Source: Bdellovibrionales bacterium (lineage in GTDB: Bacteria > Bdellovibrionota > Bdellovibrionia > Bdellovibrionales > JAGQZY01). Taken from it: 64,000 nucleotides of DNA. The stretch lies in the NCBI GenBank assembly GCA_031426555.1, contig JANPLN010000066.1, positions 1 to 64,000 of the forward strand, written 5' to 3'. The notes below the pieces were generated by a model. That model saw only the letters and a program-made list of their open reading frames with translations, was not told where the DNA came from and made no database searches. Below, piece by piece: positions 29,903 to 39,450 of the stretch (position 1 is its first letter; each line of letters opens with the position of its first letter). A program made the translations under genes and the position numbers.

Positions 29903-31176
29903 TACAACTCCCCAGTTAATGAAGTCGTAGCGGTTTCAAACAGCGACAACTGCACCGAAGCCGGTCGCAAGCGTTGTTCGAGTCGCTCGGAATCCAGCAA
30001 AAACGCGTTGGGGTTGTGGTCCGAAGTTAATAAAAAATACTTAGCGCGATTCAGCGGCACGCGCAGCTTTCGCAAGTCATTCATAGTAATGTTATGGTAA
30101 GGACGCATTTTTAAAATGCGCTCCACATTGCGCACGCCAAGCCCTGGAACTCGCAACAATTGCTCCCGCGTTCCGGTATTGATGTCCACCGGAAAATAAT
30201 GGCGATTGTTAATGGCCCACGCGGTTTTGGGATCCATGTCGAGAGCTAAGTTGTCTTCGGGTTTTGCTAGAATTTCTTCGGCCTTAAAATGATAAAAGCG
30301 CAACAGCCAGTCGGCCTGATACAATCGATTTTCGCGAATCAACTGCGGTTGCTCTTTGGGCAAAAGCGCATCGGCCTTCGGTATGGGGCTGTAGGCCGAA
30401 TAATAAACCCGTCGCAAACCATAGGTTTTATACAAATCCTGGGACGAGTGAAGAATCAGCCCATCCGAACTCGGCGTGGCACCCACAACCATCTGCGTGG
30501 TTTGCCCTGCGGGCGCAAACCTTGGAGTTTTTAAAAATTTCTTTTTTTGATCGGCCTTGGTTTCGATCACTTTGTCGGCAATTTGAATCATGGATTTTTT
30601 TGCCGCCGCAATTGTTTTTGCGGGCGCTAAGATATCCAAATCTTTTTGCACAGGCATTTCGATGTTGGCGCTGATGCGATCGGCCCACTTCCCTGCTTCC
30701 AGAATCAATTCCTGCGTTGCGCCCGCCACCACCTTTAGATGAATGTAACCATTAAAGCGATGGGTTTCGCGCAACAACCTCGCCACGCGAATCAACTGCT
30801 CCATGGTTTCGTCGGGAGAATTTATAATTCCCGAACTCAAAAACAACCCTTCAATATAATTGCGGCGATAAAACTCGAGAGTGATGGAAACAATTTCTTC
30901 GGGTTTAAAGCGCGCGCGGGGCACGTCGCTGGAAACGCGATTCACACAAAACTTGCAATCGTAAATGCAGTAATTGGTCATGAGTATTTTCAACAGACTA
31001 ATGCAGCGACCATCGGGAGCGTAGCTATGACAAATTCCCATGCCCTCCACGTTTCCCATGCCGTCTTTGTCGCGCTTCCGTTTGGAGCCACTGCTCGAAC
31101 AAGAGGCATCGTATTTGGCGGCGTCGGCGAGAATGGCGAGTTTGCTTTGCAGTTGGTCCCACTGAGGTAATGACAT
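29902..31176 (-). CDS. Putative DNA modification/repair radical SAM protein with helix-hairpin-helix
   Basis: AAKYDASCSSSG, CIYDCKFC (CxxxCxxC), RLYQADWLLRFY, LLRVPGLG; overlaps downstream gene start by 1 nt. Confidence 0.93.
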   Translation of the reverse strand: MSLPQWDQLQSKLAILADAAKYDASCSSSGSKRKRDKDGMGNVEGMGICHSYAPDGRCISLLKILMTNYCIYDCKFCVNRVSSDVPRARFKPEEIVSITLEFYRRNYIEGLFLSSGIINSPDETMEQLIRVARLLRETHRFNGYIHLKVVAGATQELILEAGKWADRISANIEMPVQKDLDILAPAKTIAAAKKSMIQIADKVIETKADQKKKFLKTPRFAPAGQTTQMVVGATPSSDGLILHSSQDLYKTYGLRRVYYSAYSPIPKADALLPKEQPQLIRENRLYQADWLLRFYHFKAEEILAKPEDNLALDMDPKTAWAINNRHYFPVDINTGTREQLLRVPGLGVRNVERILKMRPYHNITMNDLRKLRVPLNRAKYFLLTSDHNPNAFLLDSERLEQRLRPASVQLSLFETATTSLTGEL

Positions 31177-31220
31177 ACAAATAAGTATACTTTATGTATA
31201 ACTTTTTGTATACTTTAAAA
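31177..31220. promoter_or_regulatory. 44-bp divergent control region with palindrome TATAC-N5-GTATA (31186-31200), candidate LexA operator
   Basis: GTATA half-sites at 31185, 31196, 31208; located between lexA and the repair operon. Confidence 0.6.
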
Positions 31221-31829
31221 ATGACAGCCGGACCCCTGCGACCCAACGAGCAAAAAGTCTTCAAAGCCCTGGCCACGTATATCAATGACCATGGATTTTC
31301 ACCCACCTACCGCGAGCTGCAGGAACTGCTGGGCCTTAAAGCCATTGGCTCTGTGCAAAAAACCGTGCAGCAGCTCATCGCCAAAGGCCATGTGTTCAAC
31401 ACCGGCAAATGGCGCGGCCTTGTTCTCTCGGAGCCCACAGATGTGATGGCGGTGCGCATTCCCCTTTCGGGTTCTGTGGCGGCGGGAGCCCCCATTGAAG
31501 CCATTGAAACGCGGGATTATGTGCATGTGGCGCGCTCAATGATTCAGCAGGGGCAAAGTTATTTTGCATTGCGCGTGAAGGGCGATTCCATGATCGAAGA
31601 CCATATAGTGGATGGGGACATCGTAGTGATTCGCAAACAGAAGACCCCCAACCAAAACGACATTGTGGTGGCGTTGATCGACGACGAAGCCACGCTAAAA
31701 CGCTTTCATAAATCCAAAGGCGTTGTCGAATTGCATCCTGCCAACAAAAATTACAAACCCATCAAGGTCGACGAATCCAAAAGATTTGAAATCCTAGGAA
31801 TTTTAAGCGGGATCATTCGGAAGTATTGA
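31221..31829 (+). CDS. lexA: LexA repressor
   Basis: PTYREL wHTH, VAAG cleavage site, GDSM catalytic Ser, ATLKRF catalytic Lys. Confidence 0.93.
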   Translation: MTAGPLRPNEQKVFKALATYINDHGFSPTYRELQELLGLKAIGSVQKTVQQLIAKGHVFNTGKWRGLVLSEPTDVMAVRIPLSGSVAAGAPIEAIETRDYVHVARSMIQQGQSYFALRVKGDSMIEDHIVDGDIVVIRKQKTPNQNDIVVALIDDEATLKRFHKSKGVVELHPANKNYKPIKVDESKRFEILGILSGIIRKY

Positions 31830-31893
31830 AATTTTTCAACGCGGATTGACTACTTCCCCGTTCGCCTTCAGATTAGCCATTCGGAGGTAGCTA

Positions 31894-32127
31894 ATGGAAA
31901 ATTCGAAAGCGCTTATATACGACGTTCTTGTAGATGTTGTTCTTAAAAATGGTGAGACTTTTATAGGCTATATCAATAAGGGTGGTATGCAAAAAGAATC
32001 TGAGCGCGATTTCGTGAAGCTCTCCAACAAAAACATCACGAAGGGTGTTCGCTCTGTGGCCAAACGCATAAAGATCACGCAGGTTGCTTCGATCGCTAAA
32101 TCTAAAGCCAGCAAATCTAATTTCTAG
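31894..32127 (+). CDS. Small basic hypothetical protein
   Basis: 77-aa ORF with GGAGG RBS. Confidence 0.65.
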   Translation: MENSKALIYDVLVDVVLKNGETFIGYINKGGMQKESERDFVKLSNKNITKGVRSVAKRIKITQVASIAKSKASKSNF

Positions 32128-32299
32128 ACGAAATCACAAAAAATAAGCATTATTTTTAATTTTCAGATCGGTGTCCGCCGATGTTGGATAGCGCACGCTC
32201 TCGGCGGGTGCTCACGAAGCCTGTGGTGCCTGTGAGCAAGTTCACGTCACTAGTGTACTGGACCTCACGAATGTAGCAACCTTAAGTTTCCGTGATTCA

Positions 32300-32956
32300 T
32301 CAAAGTGTTCCTCGCCCCAGCAAGGTTTGTGTGAGTTTTTGCTCATAGAGCTGCTGGAGCGAAGCACCCACCGCTTCGCCCTCCAACCACCACAAGGCGT
32401 GAGCAATGGCCTCGAGCGTGGCCATGCCGTCAGCAGTGGATTCTGCCCGCAATTTTTTTTGAGCGGCTTTTGTTTTCTCATCTGCAATATTCCTTTTTAA
32501 ACAAACTCTTTGCACTTGAGCGAGCTCCCGATGGCGATGATGAACCTTGCTCGCCTGCCGCCAATTTCCGTCGGGCACGATCAGCAGCACTGGCCTTTTT
32601 AGACTTGCCACAAAATCAGCATCCAATTCCACAGCATCGTCGCTGGGGTAAAGTAAAAGCGGTTGATAGACGGGATCGAGAATTTCGCTCAAATCCAATC
32701 TTTCTTTGCCCTCTCCACGTACATGCATTTCGCTATTTCTCAAAGCCTGCAGCGCCAATCGCCCGGTATTTGTCGTTCGTTTTAATTCTTTGGCGTGAAC
32801 CACCAAACAGACGCGCGTTTGCAGTTCCAACAATGGAATCGCATGACAGATGCAGCGGTCTTTGTGCAGAAAACAAACGGAGCATGGGTCTTTGGTTTTA
32901 CGTTGTCTTTGAGTGGGTCGGGCTATCATACGCTGCAACTTTATACCAAAGCGCAA
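32300..32956 (-). CDS. DTW-domain protein (tRNA-uridine aminocarboxypropyltransferase, TapT-like)
   Basis: CxxC..CxC, TNTG, LLYPS, DGNW (DxTW variant), ATLEA. Confidence 0.85.
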   Translation of the reverse strand: MRFGIKLQRMIARPTQRQRKTKDPCSVCFLHKDRCICHAIPLLELQTRVCLVVHAKELKRTTNTGRLALQALRNSEMHVRGEGKERLDLSEILDPVYQPLLLYPSDDAVELDADFVASLKRPVLLIVPDGNWRQASKVHHRHRELAQVQRVCLKRNIADEKTKAAQKKLRAESTADGMATLEAIAHALWWLEGEAVGASLQQLYEQKLTQTLLGRGTL

Positions 32957-33016
32957 AGCGATACAGCAGCAAAAGTTTGTGACAATCTCATTTGCTGTGC
33001 TACCCTACCGTCACAG

Positions 33017-33619
33017 ATGAGACAGATGAGTGAGACAAACACAAACCAGGCCAAAGTAACTTCCTCGACGCAAAGTCAAAATATTCTCCAGTTCCCTGGA
33101 GACATTCGACTGATTGCCCATGATCGGGATATGGCCGCGGTGAATTTTGAGCAAATCACCGCTTTCGGTTTTGATACGGAAACCAAACCCGCTTACCGAA
33201 AAGGCGAAGTATTTAAGACCGCCCTATTACAGCTCGCCACCGATTCCGTGGCCTATTTGATTCGCTTGCATTACATCAAACACTTCGAGCCAATTCGCGA
33301 AATCTTCGAAAACCCCGATGTGCTTAAAGTGGGAGCAGCCATCGCCCAAGACTTAAAACAGCTGCAACATATTTTTCCATTTCAACCCGCAGGCTTTGTA
33401 GATGTGCAAAAGATTGGAAAAGAAAAGGGTCTTAAAAATCTAGGTTTAAAAAAAATGACCCAAGAGGTTTTTAACGCCAACCTATTTAAAGGCCCAAAAA
33501 TGACAAATTGGGAGCGCCAGTTCCTCACCGACGAACAGCTCCTTTACGCCGCCACCGACGCCTGGATCGGCCTGCAGTTGTATCGTGAATTGAATGCGGA
33601 AAAGGTAGAAGCAACGTAG
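33017..33619 (+). CDS. DEDDy 3'-5' exonuclease (RNase D/WRN-like)
   Basis: GFDTET, LLQLAT, YAATDAW; start 33017 or 33026. Confidence 0.9.
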   Translation: MRQMSETNTNQAKVTSSTQSQNILQFPGDIRLIAHDRDMAAVNFEQITAFGFDTETKPAYRKGEVFKTALLQLATDSVAYLIRLHYIKHFEPIREIFENPDVLKVGAAIAQDLKQLQHIFPFQPAGFVDVQKIGKEKGLKNLGLKKMTQEVFNANLFKGPKMTNWERQFLTDEQLLYAATDAWIGLQLYRELNAEKVEAT

Positions 33620-33878
33620 TCTTCTTTGCGCCAAAATTAAATTAGGCAGATTTTTTTTGTCGCCATTCCCAAGGTGGAATGGGTTTTTCAGTTTTCCATA
33701 AACCCATTTTTTTAGATATAGCCCATCTCCCAAGAAGACGTAATTGATGCTGTCTACTTTAAACTGTCTCTACGAGTTCGACCTGTGTCTGCAATTTGTG
33801 TGTGGTTCTGCTTAAAAAATGAGGAGAAAAATAATTTGAAAAAACTCACCGGTCCCCTTTCGATTTTGCCCGTCTGTC

Positions 33879-33905
33879 TTATCGGAATTATAAAAGGTCA
33901 CTTAA
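33879..33905 (-). promoter_or_regulatory. Sigma-28-like promoter TTAA-N15-TCCGATAA
   Basis: Close match to FliA consensus; no long ORF immediately downstream. Confidence 0.45.
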
Positions 33906-33952
33906 ATTTTGTACTATTTTGAGACGCGCAACTACTGCCGCAAAGTAAATGA

Positions 33953-34498
33953 TTAATTAATATTCTGTCTTGTGAAGTTTCGCGGTGGCGGCAGGCTCCA
34001 CACTGGAATGAACCTTGCCCATTTAGACGTTTCTGCCTTGGAACGAAAGTACATTTCGTGATCCCACTCAACTTCAGCCATATGAATAAGCTCTTCGACG
34101 AATTGAGATTGTCCGCAGGCACGGGCCATTAAAGCGGCCACTTCGTATTCGCCAATATTGCTACGCTCTAATTTTCCAGCTTCGTACATCGACATGAACC
34201 AACCGAAATTTAAAAAATTTAAAAATCCCCCAAGTCGGCACAAACAATAAATAACAACACCCACCGAAGTCATTGAGACTTCCCGAAGTAATCGAGGTTT
34301 TGCATCTAACGATGCGAGCATTTTCCGCAAGCGATCCCGATGTTCCCATTCGTCTTGTTCGATTTTATAAATCTCAGCGCGCTCTGTGGGATTCGAAACC
34401 GACTCCGCGTGACCGCGATAGGCGTAAGCCGCAGCCTTTTCACCGGAGTAGGCATTTTGTAAAAGCCAGATCAAATCTTGCTTAGAACTTATGTTCAT
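33953..34498 (-). CDS. Ferritin-like di-iron protein
   Basis: AYSGEKAA, two ExxH motifs (EWEH, EWDH). Confidence 0.8.
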   Translation of the reverse strand: MNISSKQDLIWLLQNAYSGEKAAAYAYRGHAESVSNPTERAEIYKIEQDEWEHRDRLRKMLASLDAKPRLLREVSMTSVGVVIYCLCRLGGFLNFLNFGWFMSMYEAGKLERSNIGEYEVAALMARACGQSQFVEELIHMAEVEWDHEMYFRSKAETSKWARFIPVWSLPPPRNFTRQNIN

Positions 34499-34501
34499 CC
34501 A

Positions 34502-35167
34502 CTACCAAGCAATCTCTTTGCCGGTAAACTCGAAAAACATTCCTGACTGGGCTGGCTTTAAGCCTAAAGCCACCTCCCAAATTCCTTTGGCAGAGCGATC
34601 TGGTTGAGTTGGTGCCGCTTGGCCACCCATATCTGTTTTTACCCAACCGGGATGGATCACGATGGTCGTTAACCAGGGATTGTCTGCTGAGAGACTTTTA
34701 TTAATCATATTGAGTGCTGTTTTACTGGCGCGATAAGCATAGTAGCCGCCGGAGTCATTATCGTCGATGGAACCCATTTTACTTGTGATCTGAATCACCT
34801 TCGGCTGGCTGGAGTTTTTCAATGCTGGCAAAAGCACTTTCGTCAGTAAAAACGGAGCCACCGAATTCACACGAAAACTCTCTGTAAAATCGTGAGAACT
34901 CTCACCCTCCAACAAAACACCGGCATTGTTGATCAGAATATCCAGATCTTTTCCCACAACCTCGGCAATTTTTTGCGGAGCCTCTTCGGCAGTAATATCG
35001 ACAGCCAATAATTGCAGTTTTTCCCTGTACTCGCTTTTCAGCTCCATTAAGCCTTTCGAGCTTTCGGGCTTTCGTGCAATGGCGATCACAGAATCTCCGC
35101 GCTGCAAAGCCTGACGAGTTAACTCAAGACCAATTCCACGCGATGTACCAGTTATTACGATTTTCAT
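34502..35167 (-). CDS. SDR oxidoreductase (CsgA/C-factor-like)
   Basis: TGTSRGIG, NNAG, SKMGS, YRASK, HPGWVKTDMGG. Confidence 0.92.
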   Translation of the reverse strand: MKIVITGTSRGIGLELTRQALQRGDSVIAIARKPESSKGLMELKSEYREKLQLLAVDITAEEAPQKIAEVVGKDLDILINNAGVLLEGESSHDFTESFRVNSVAPFLLTKVLLPALKNSSQPKVIQITSKMGSIDDNDSGGYYAYRASKTALNMINKSLSADNPWLTTIVIHPGWVKTDMGGQAAPTQPDRSAKGIWEVALGLKPAQSGMFFEFTGKEIAW

Positions 35168-35285
35168 AGTTTTGGTTTTTAACAAAATAAACAGCCAGCG
35201 GCAACCACCGAGACGCAACGCTGAGCCGCAGGCGGTCTTCAAACTGCAAGAAAGATTAGAACGCTCTATTAAGATTTACAAAATT

Positions 35286-35588
35286 TTAGTCTTCGTATTG
35301 GCCAGGGTCCTGAGGACATTTCACTTTCTCACCACAACAGACAACCTGTACTGTTGTGTAAGTGTCGCACTCGTATCCTTGAGAACCACCAGCAAAAATC
35401 TCTACTTCTTCGCCCTCATCAGTGCATGCCTGTCCAATTTCAATCTGCGGGAACGTGTTAGTAAAGTTTCCGTAACTGCAATAGCTGTTGCCCATGTAGG
35501 TGCTTTCCCATGTTGGTGAAGCAAGAGTTAAGATCGGCGCCGAGCCAACGATTGTTACAAAAAAGAACTTTAAAATTTTACCTGTCAT
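35286..35588 (-). CDS. Small secreted Cys-rich acidic protein
   Basis: Signal-peptide-like N-terminus, 6 Cys in mature part. Confidence 0.55.
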   Translation of the reverse strand: MTGKILKFFFVTIVGSAPILTLASPTWESTYMGNSYCSYGNFTNTFPQIEIGQACTDEGEEVEIFAGGSQGYECDTYTTVQVVCCGEKVKCPQDPGQYED

Positions 35589-35800
35589 ATAGAACCCCCA
35601 ATGCCTACGACTTATAGCCAAAAAAACCAGCTTGTGTCTACATTCCAATGTTTAACTTAGTAGAGGTTTTTTTGACAGTCGACATGGTACCAAGGTAGAA
35701 AAGAACTGAGACGCATAGAGTCTTAGGTAAATGTCGCCGCAAACTGGCCGAATTCCCTTGAATCCATGGAGCAGTAATAATATAAATCCCAGTTCATAGC

Positions 35801-35877
35801 GGAGTGGTAGTTAAGTTGGTTATAACGCCTGCCTGTCACGCAGGAGGCCGCGAGTTCGAGTCTCGTCCACTCCGCCA
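35801..35877 (+). tRNA. tRNA-Asp (GTC)
   Basis: Acceptor GGAGTGG/CCACTCC, anticodon stem CCTGC-CTGTCAC-GCAGG, TTCGA T-loop, encoded CCA. Confidence 0.97.
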
Positions 35878-35973
35878 ATTTTTGACTCCCTACGTTGTCG
35901 GCACATCGACTCTCCGGAAGGATGCTCCATTAAATCTGAACTAAAATATTTAAATCGTAAAGATGTCTCAGCG

Positions 35974-37581
35974 GTGATACTGAGTCTCAAGGGCGACATC
36001 CTCCGTGATTGGGAAGCTCAATCTCGCGAAAAGGTGGCGGCTGCAAAAGCGCAATCCCGACTTGCTCTTCGCGATTCTTTACCGGACTTTTTGGATCAGT
36101 TGGTTCTAACTTTAAAATCCGAAAACCCCAAAGAACAGGCTGCCAAGAACTCAGAAGTGGCCCGTGAACACGGTGAAGACCGGGCAAAACAACCCGAGTA
36201 TTCGCTCGAAGAAGTGATCTTCGAATATCACATCCTCCGCGCCGTGATTATTCATCACCTCGAAGCCCTGGTCACGACAGACTCAGAGTCCCGTAAAATT
36301 ATTCACGAATTTATTGATCGCGGTATTGGCAAAGCGGCTGCCACTTTTTCCGAACTTGAAACCCATCGTCAAGCTGTTCAAGCGAAGGCCTTTGAAGAAG
36401 CGAAGATAGAAGCTGAAAGATTGAGCAGTGCAAAATCTGAATTCTTGGCTAATATGTCCCACGAAATTCGCACGCCCCTTGGCGCCATCATGGGTTTTGT
36501 TGGCTTACTCAAAGACAAAGGGCTGTCCGATGACGACATCTCAAACTACCATGCGATTATTGAGCGCAACTCCAATCATCTTTTAAGACTCATCGACGAT
36601 ATTTTGGATTTAGCAAAAGTGGAAGCTGGAAAAGTCGTCATCGAAAAGATCGAGTTTTCACTGCGTGAGTTTCTCGCAGAGTTCTCATCAATTGCTGGCG
36701 CGAAGGCGCGTGAAAAAGGCATTGTTTTTAATTTTAAACCCGAAACCCTGGTCCCAGAAATTGTCATTTCCGACCCTACTCGCATTCGCCAAATCCTTTC
36801 GAATATTGTCGGTAACGCCATCAAGTTTACCGAAAAAGGCAGTGTTGCTTTTTACGTTCAATATACAAATCAACAACTCCATTTTAAGGTTGTTGATACA
36901 GGACGAGGAATTTCGATGGAGCAAAGACAAGCCCTGTTTCAGGCCTTCTCGCAAGCCGACTCCTCAACCACTCGCAAATTTGGTGGGACAGGACTTGGAC
37001 TTGTTCTTACAAAAAAACTAGCGCAGGCTTTTGGGGGAGATTTTAACCTCACCGAAAGCGAGCTCGGAAGTGGCAGTGTGTTTGAAGCCAGCATTCCTCT
37101 CACCGTTCCAACGAATGCGAAGCTTGTGCCGATCGAAAAAGCTGTAGCCAAAGTAACCTCAGACTTAAACCTCGATCCTCATCATGTCGACCTTGAAGGT
37201 TTCGATATACTGCTCGTGGAAGATTCTCCAGATAATCAGTACCTCATACAAAAAATGTTGAGTAAAACAGGGGCTCGCTTCGTCATCGCTAACGACGGCG
37301 CCGAAGGTGTAAAAAGTGCGTTGTCGCACGACTACGATGTGATTCTCATGGATATTCAAATGCCGATCATGGACGGGCATGAAGCAGTTCGTACATTGCG
37401 CGAACGGGGCTATTCTGGAGCGGTTGTTGCGCTCACTGCACACGCCATGAAAGACGAACGTGAACGCGCTTTCCGCTCAGGGTTTTCCCATTTTTTAACG
37501 AAACCAATTGATAGATTAAACCTTATTGAACTTCTGGACTCTCTGCGTCTCGAACTCAAAGAACCTACAAAAATACCATGA
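35974..37581 (+). CDS. Cytoplasmic hybrid histidine kinase with RsbRD-N-like helical N-terminus and receiver domain
   Basis: FLANMSHEIRTPL, NAIKFT, FGGTGLGL, MDIQMPIMDG. Confidence 0.92.
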   Translation: MILSLKGDILRDWEAQSREKVAAAKAQSRLALRDSLPDFLDQLVLTLKSENPKEQAAKNSEVAREHGEDRAKQPEYSLEEVIFEYHILRAVIIHHLEALVTTDSESRKIIHEFIDRGIGKAAATFSELETHRQAVQAKAFEEAKIEAERLSSAKSEFLANMSHEIRTPLGAIMGFVGLLKDKGLSDDDISNYHAIIERNSNHLLRLIDDILDLAKVEAGKVVIEKIEFSLREFLAEFSSIAGAKAREKGIVFNFKPETLVPEIVISDPTRIRQILSNIVGNAIKFTEKGSVAFYVQYTNQQLHFKVVDTGRGISMEQRQALFQAFSQADSSTTRKFGGTGLGLVLTKKLAQAFGGDFNLTESELGSGSVFEASIPLTVPTNAKLVPIEKAVAKVTSDLNLDPHHVDLEGFDILLVEDSPDNQYLIQKMLSKTGARFVIANDGAEGVKSALSHDYDVILMDIQMPIMDGHEAVRTLRERGYSGAVVALTAHAMKDERERAFRSGFSHFLTKPIDRLNLIELLDSLRLELKEPTKIP

Positions 37582-37807
37582 CAGAGCCAGTGTTTTTTTG
37601 CCCGTTGGGCATTTCCTCATAGGACCAAGGGTAACCGCCCAGCTTGAGGTAGCGTAAGAGCTCCGAGCGCACAATGCCCTCGCCCTTTCCTGGCATGATT
37701 TTAACCTTCTCCTGCCCGTGGTGCTTCATAATAAAGCGATCCACGGCATCGAATACTTGGTCTTTTTTAAAACCGTGCAGATCGAGAGTGGGTAATTTTT
37801 TCGACAT
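37565..37807 (-). CDS. Smr domain protein
   Basis: LDLHG, GKGEGI, NTGS. Confidence 0.85.
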   Translation of the reverse strand: MSKKLPTLDLHGFKKDQVFDAVDRFIMKHHGQEKVKIMPGKGEGIVRSELLRYLKLGGYPWSYEEMPNGQKNTGSVMVFL

Positions 37808-37875
37808 CCTTGAACCCCCTCTTGATCGTAAGGATTCCCGTGACAGTCTTCAATGGAAAACTGTATTAAGGAAGG

Positions 37876-38412
37876 ATGAAAAAACTATTTTGGTTAGATA
37901 TGGAAATGACGGGCCTGGAGCCCGAAATCGAACGCGTGATCGAAGTCGCTGTGATCGTTACCGATCTGGAGTTTAAACCCCTCGACACCTACCACGCCGT
38001 AGTCCAACAACCTGAAGCGTATTTGGAAAACATGGACGAGTGGAATACCAAACACCACTCAGCCAGCGGCCTTTTGGCAAAAGTTCCAACGGGCAAAACG
38101 TCGCAAGTGGTGGAGCAAGAGCTTTTGGATTTAATTAAAAAACATTACGCCGACGATGAGCGCCCTGTTCTTTGCGGAAATTCTATCTTTCAAGATCGCA
38201 AGTTTATTGATTTGTACTTTAAAAAATTTGGCAAACGCTTGCACTACAGAATGATGGATGTGACGGCGTGGAAAATTATTATGAATGCCTGTTACCATGT
38301 AGAGTATCAAAAGAAAGACAGCCATCGCGCCCTCGACGACATCATGGAAAGCATCGAAGAGCTCAAAGCGTTTTTAAAACACGTCACCAAAGAGCCCGCA
38401 AAGTTTTCCTAA
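37876..38412 (+). CDS. orn: Oligoribonuclease
   Basis: WLDMEMTGL, CGNSI..DR, HYR, HRALDDI.ES. Confidence 0.95.
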   Translation: MKKLFWLDMEMTGLEPEIERVIEVAVIVTDLEFKPLDTYHAVVQQPEAYLENMDEWNTKHHSASGLLAKVPTGKTSQVVEQELLDLIKKHYADDERPVLCGNSIFQDRKFIDLYFKKFGKRLHYRMMDVTAWKIIMNACYHVEYQKKDSHRALDDIMESIEELKAFLKHVTKEPAKFS

Positions 38413-39344
38413 GCAGGCATCGCTGTGAACAGCACATGCTCCCAAAACTGGATGTCGGGTTTCTGTTTATCCATGGGCTTTAAAAACGCTGGATCCCACG
38501 TCATGTTGTAGAAACCGTGAATTTTATCGTGGCTCTGTTTTTTTGCAAACGGCGAAACAAAATGATATCCATGATAACCCTGATTTAAAATGCGAGCGAT
38601 TATTTTTTCGGAGCTGTGCTCTCCTGACAAAAACTGCGGATGTAACTCAAGCAAAATATTTTTGTATAACTTCTTTTTTAACCCGTCGACCATGCCATCC
38701 ACGGCGTATCCCTCGGCGCCTTCGATATCCATTTTTACCAGATCCACCTGCTGGATTTTTTTATCAGCGCAAAATTGATCTAGCGAAATCGACGGCACTT
38801 CGATTTCGCCCACCGATACTTCTTTTTTAAAATTCATTCCCGCCCACAGATTTTCGTGGCTGTTGGGGTTGGACGGTGTAAAGCGCACATTGCCCGCGCG
38901 ATCACTCACCGCCACAGTTTCGATTTTTACATTTTGGCCGGCGCCCATCAGCTGGAGATTCTTTTTTAACCAAATATAATTATAGGGATCTGGTTCAAAC
39001 CCATAAATGGTGGGATTTTTGATTTGTGAAAGTGCCAGGTAAACCAAGTAGCCAAAATTTGTGCCCACATCAAAAATCATCTTTGGCTGCTTGGTTTTAA
39101 AAAACTCCAAAGCCCAAATCGTCACTTCGCGTTCGTAGAATCCCAAAAAATAAGCCGACCGCGAGGCCGCTTCTAGCGGGTGAACTTCCATGGGCATCCC
39201 CATAAATCGACCCACAAACGGTTTGTGGAGCCGCAAAATATCAATGGCCCAGTTGGCCAACTGCGAGCGGCGAACAGGAAGAGCGTGGACGACTTTTTTT
39301 ATCGCTTCGGGCAAAGCAGAGATATTTTGTGATGAAAACTTCAT
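38409..39344 (-). CDS. FkbM-family methyltransferase
   Basis: FDVGTNFG, FEPDP, KMDIEGAE; GGAGG RBS. Confidence 0.88.
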   Translation of the reverse strand: MKFSSQNISALPEAIKKVVHALPVRRSQLANWAIDILRLHKPFVGRFMGMPMEVHPLEAASRSAYFLGFYEREVTIWALEFFKTKQPKMIFDVGTNFGYLVYLALSQIKNPTIYGFEPDPYNYIWLKKNLQLMGAGQNVKIETVAVSDRAGNVRFTPSNPNSHENLWAGMNFKKEVSVGEIEVPSISLDQFCADKKIQQVDLVKMDIEGAEGYAVDGMVDGLKKKLYKNILLELHPQFLSGEHSSEKIIARILNQGYHGYHFVSPFAKKQSHDKIHGFYNMTWDPAFLKPMDKQKPDIQFWEHVLFTAMPA

Positions 39345-39399
39345 AACCCCTCCGTAGTGTTTATAAAGTCTAACTACAAGTTTAAAAAAGCACCACAAA

Positions 39400-39426
39400 T
39401 AAAAAGAGGACCGTTAAAGTCCTCTT
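39400..39426 (-). terminator. Intrinsic terminator after ahcY
   Basis: AAGAGGAC-N7-GTCCTCTT hairpin with U-tract on minus strand. Confidence 0.65.
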
Positions 39427-39450
39427 CGTAAATCGCAATGTTAAAAAAAC

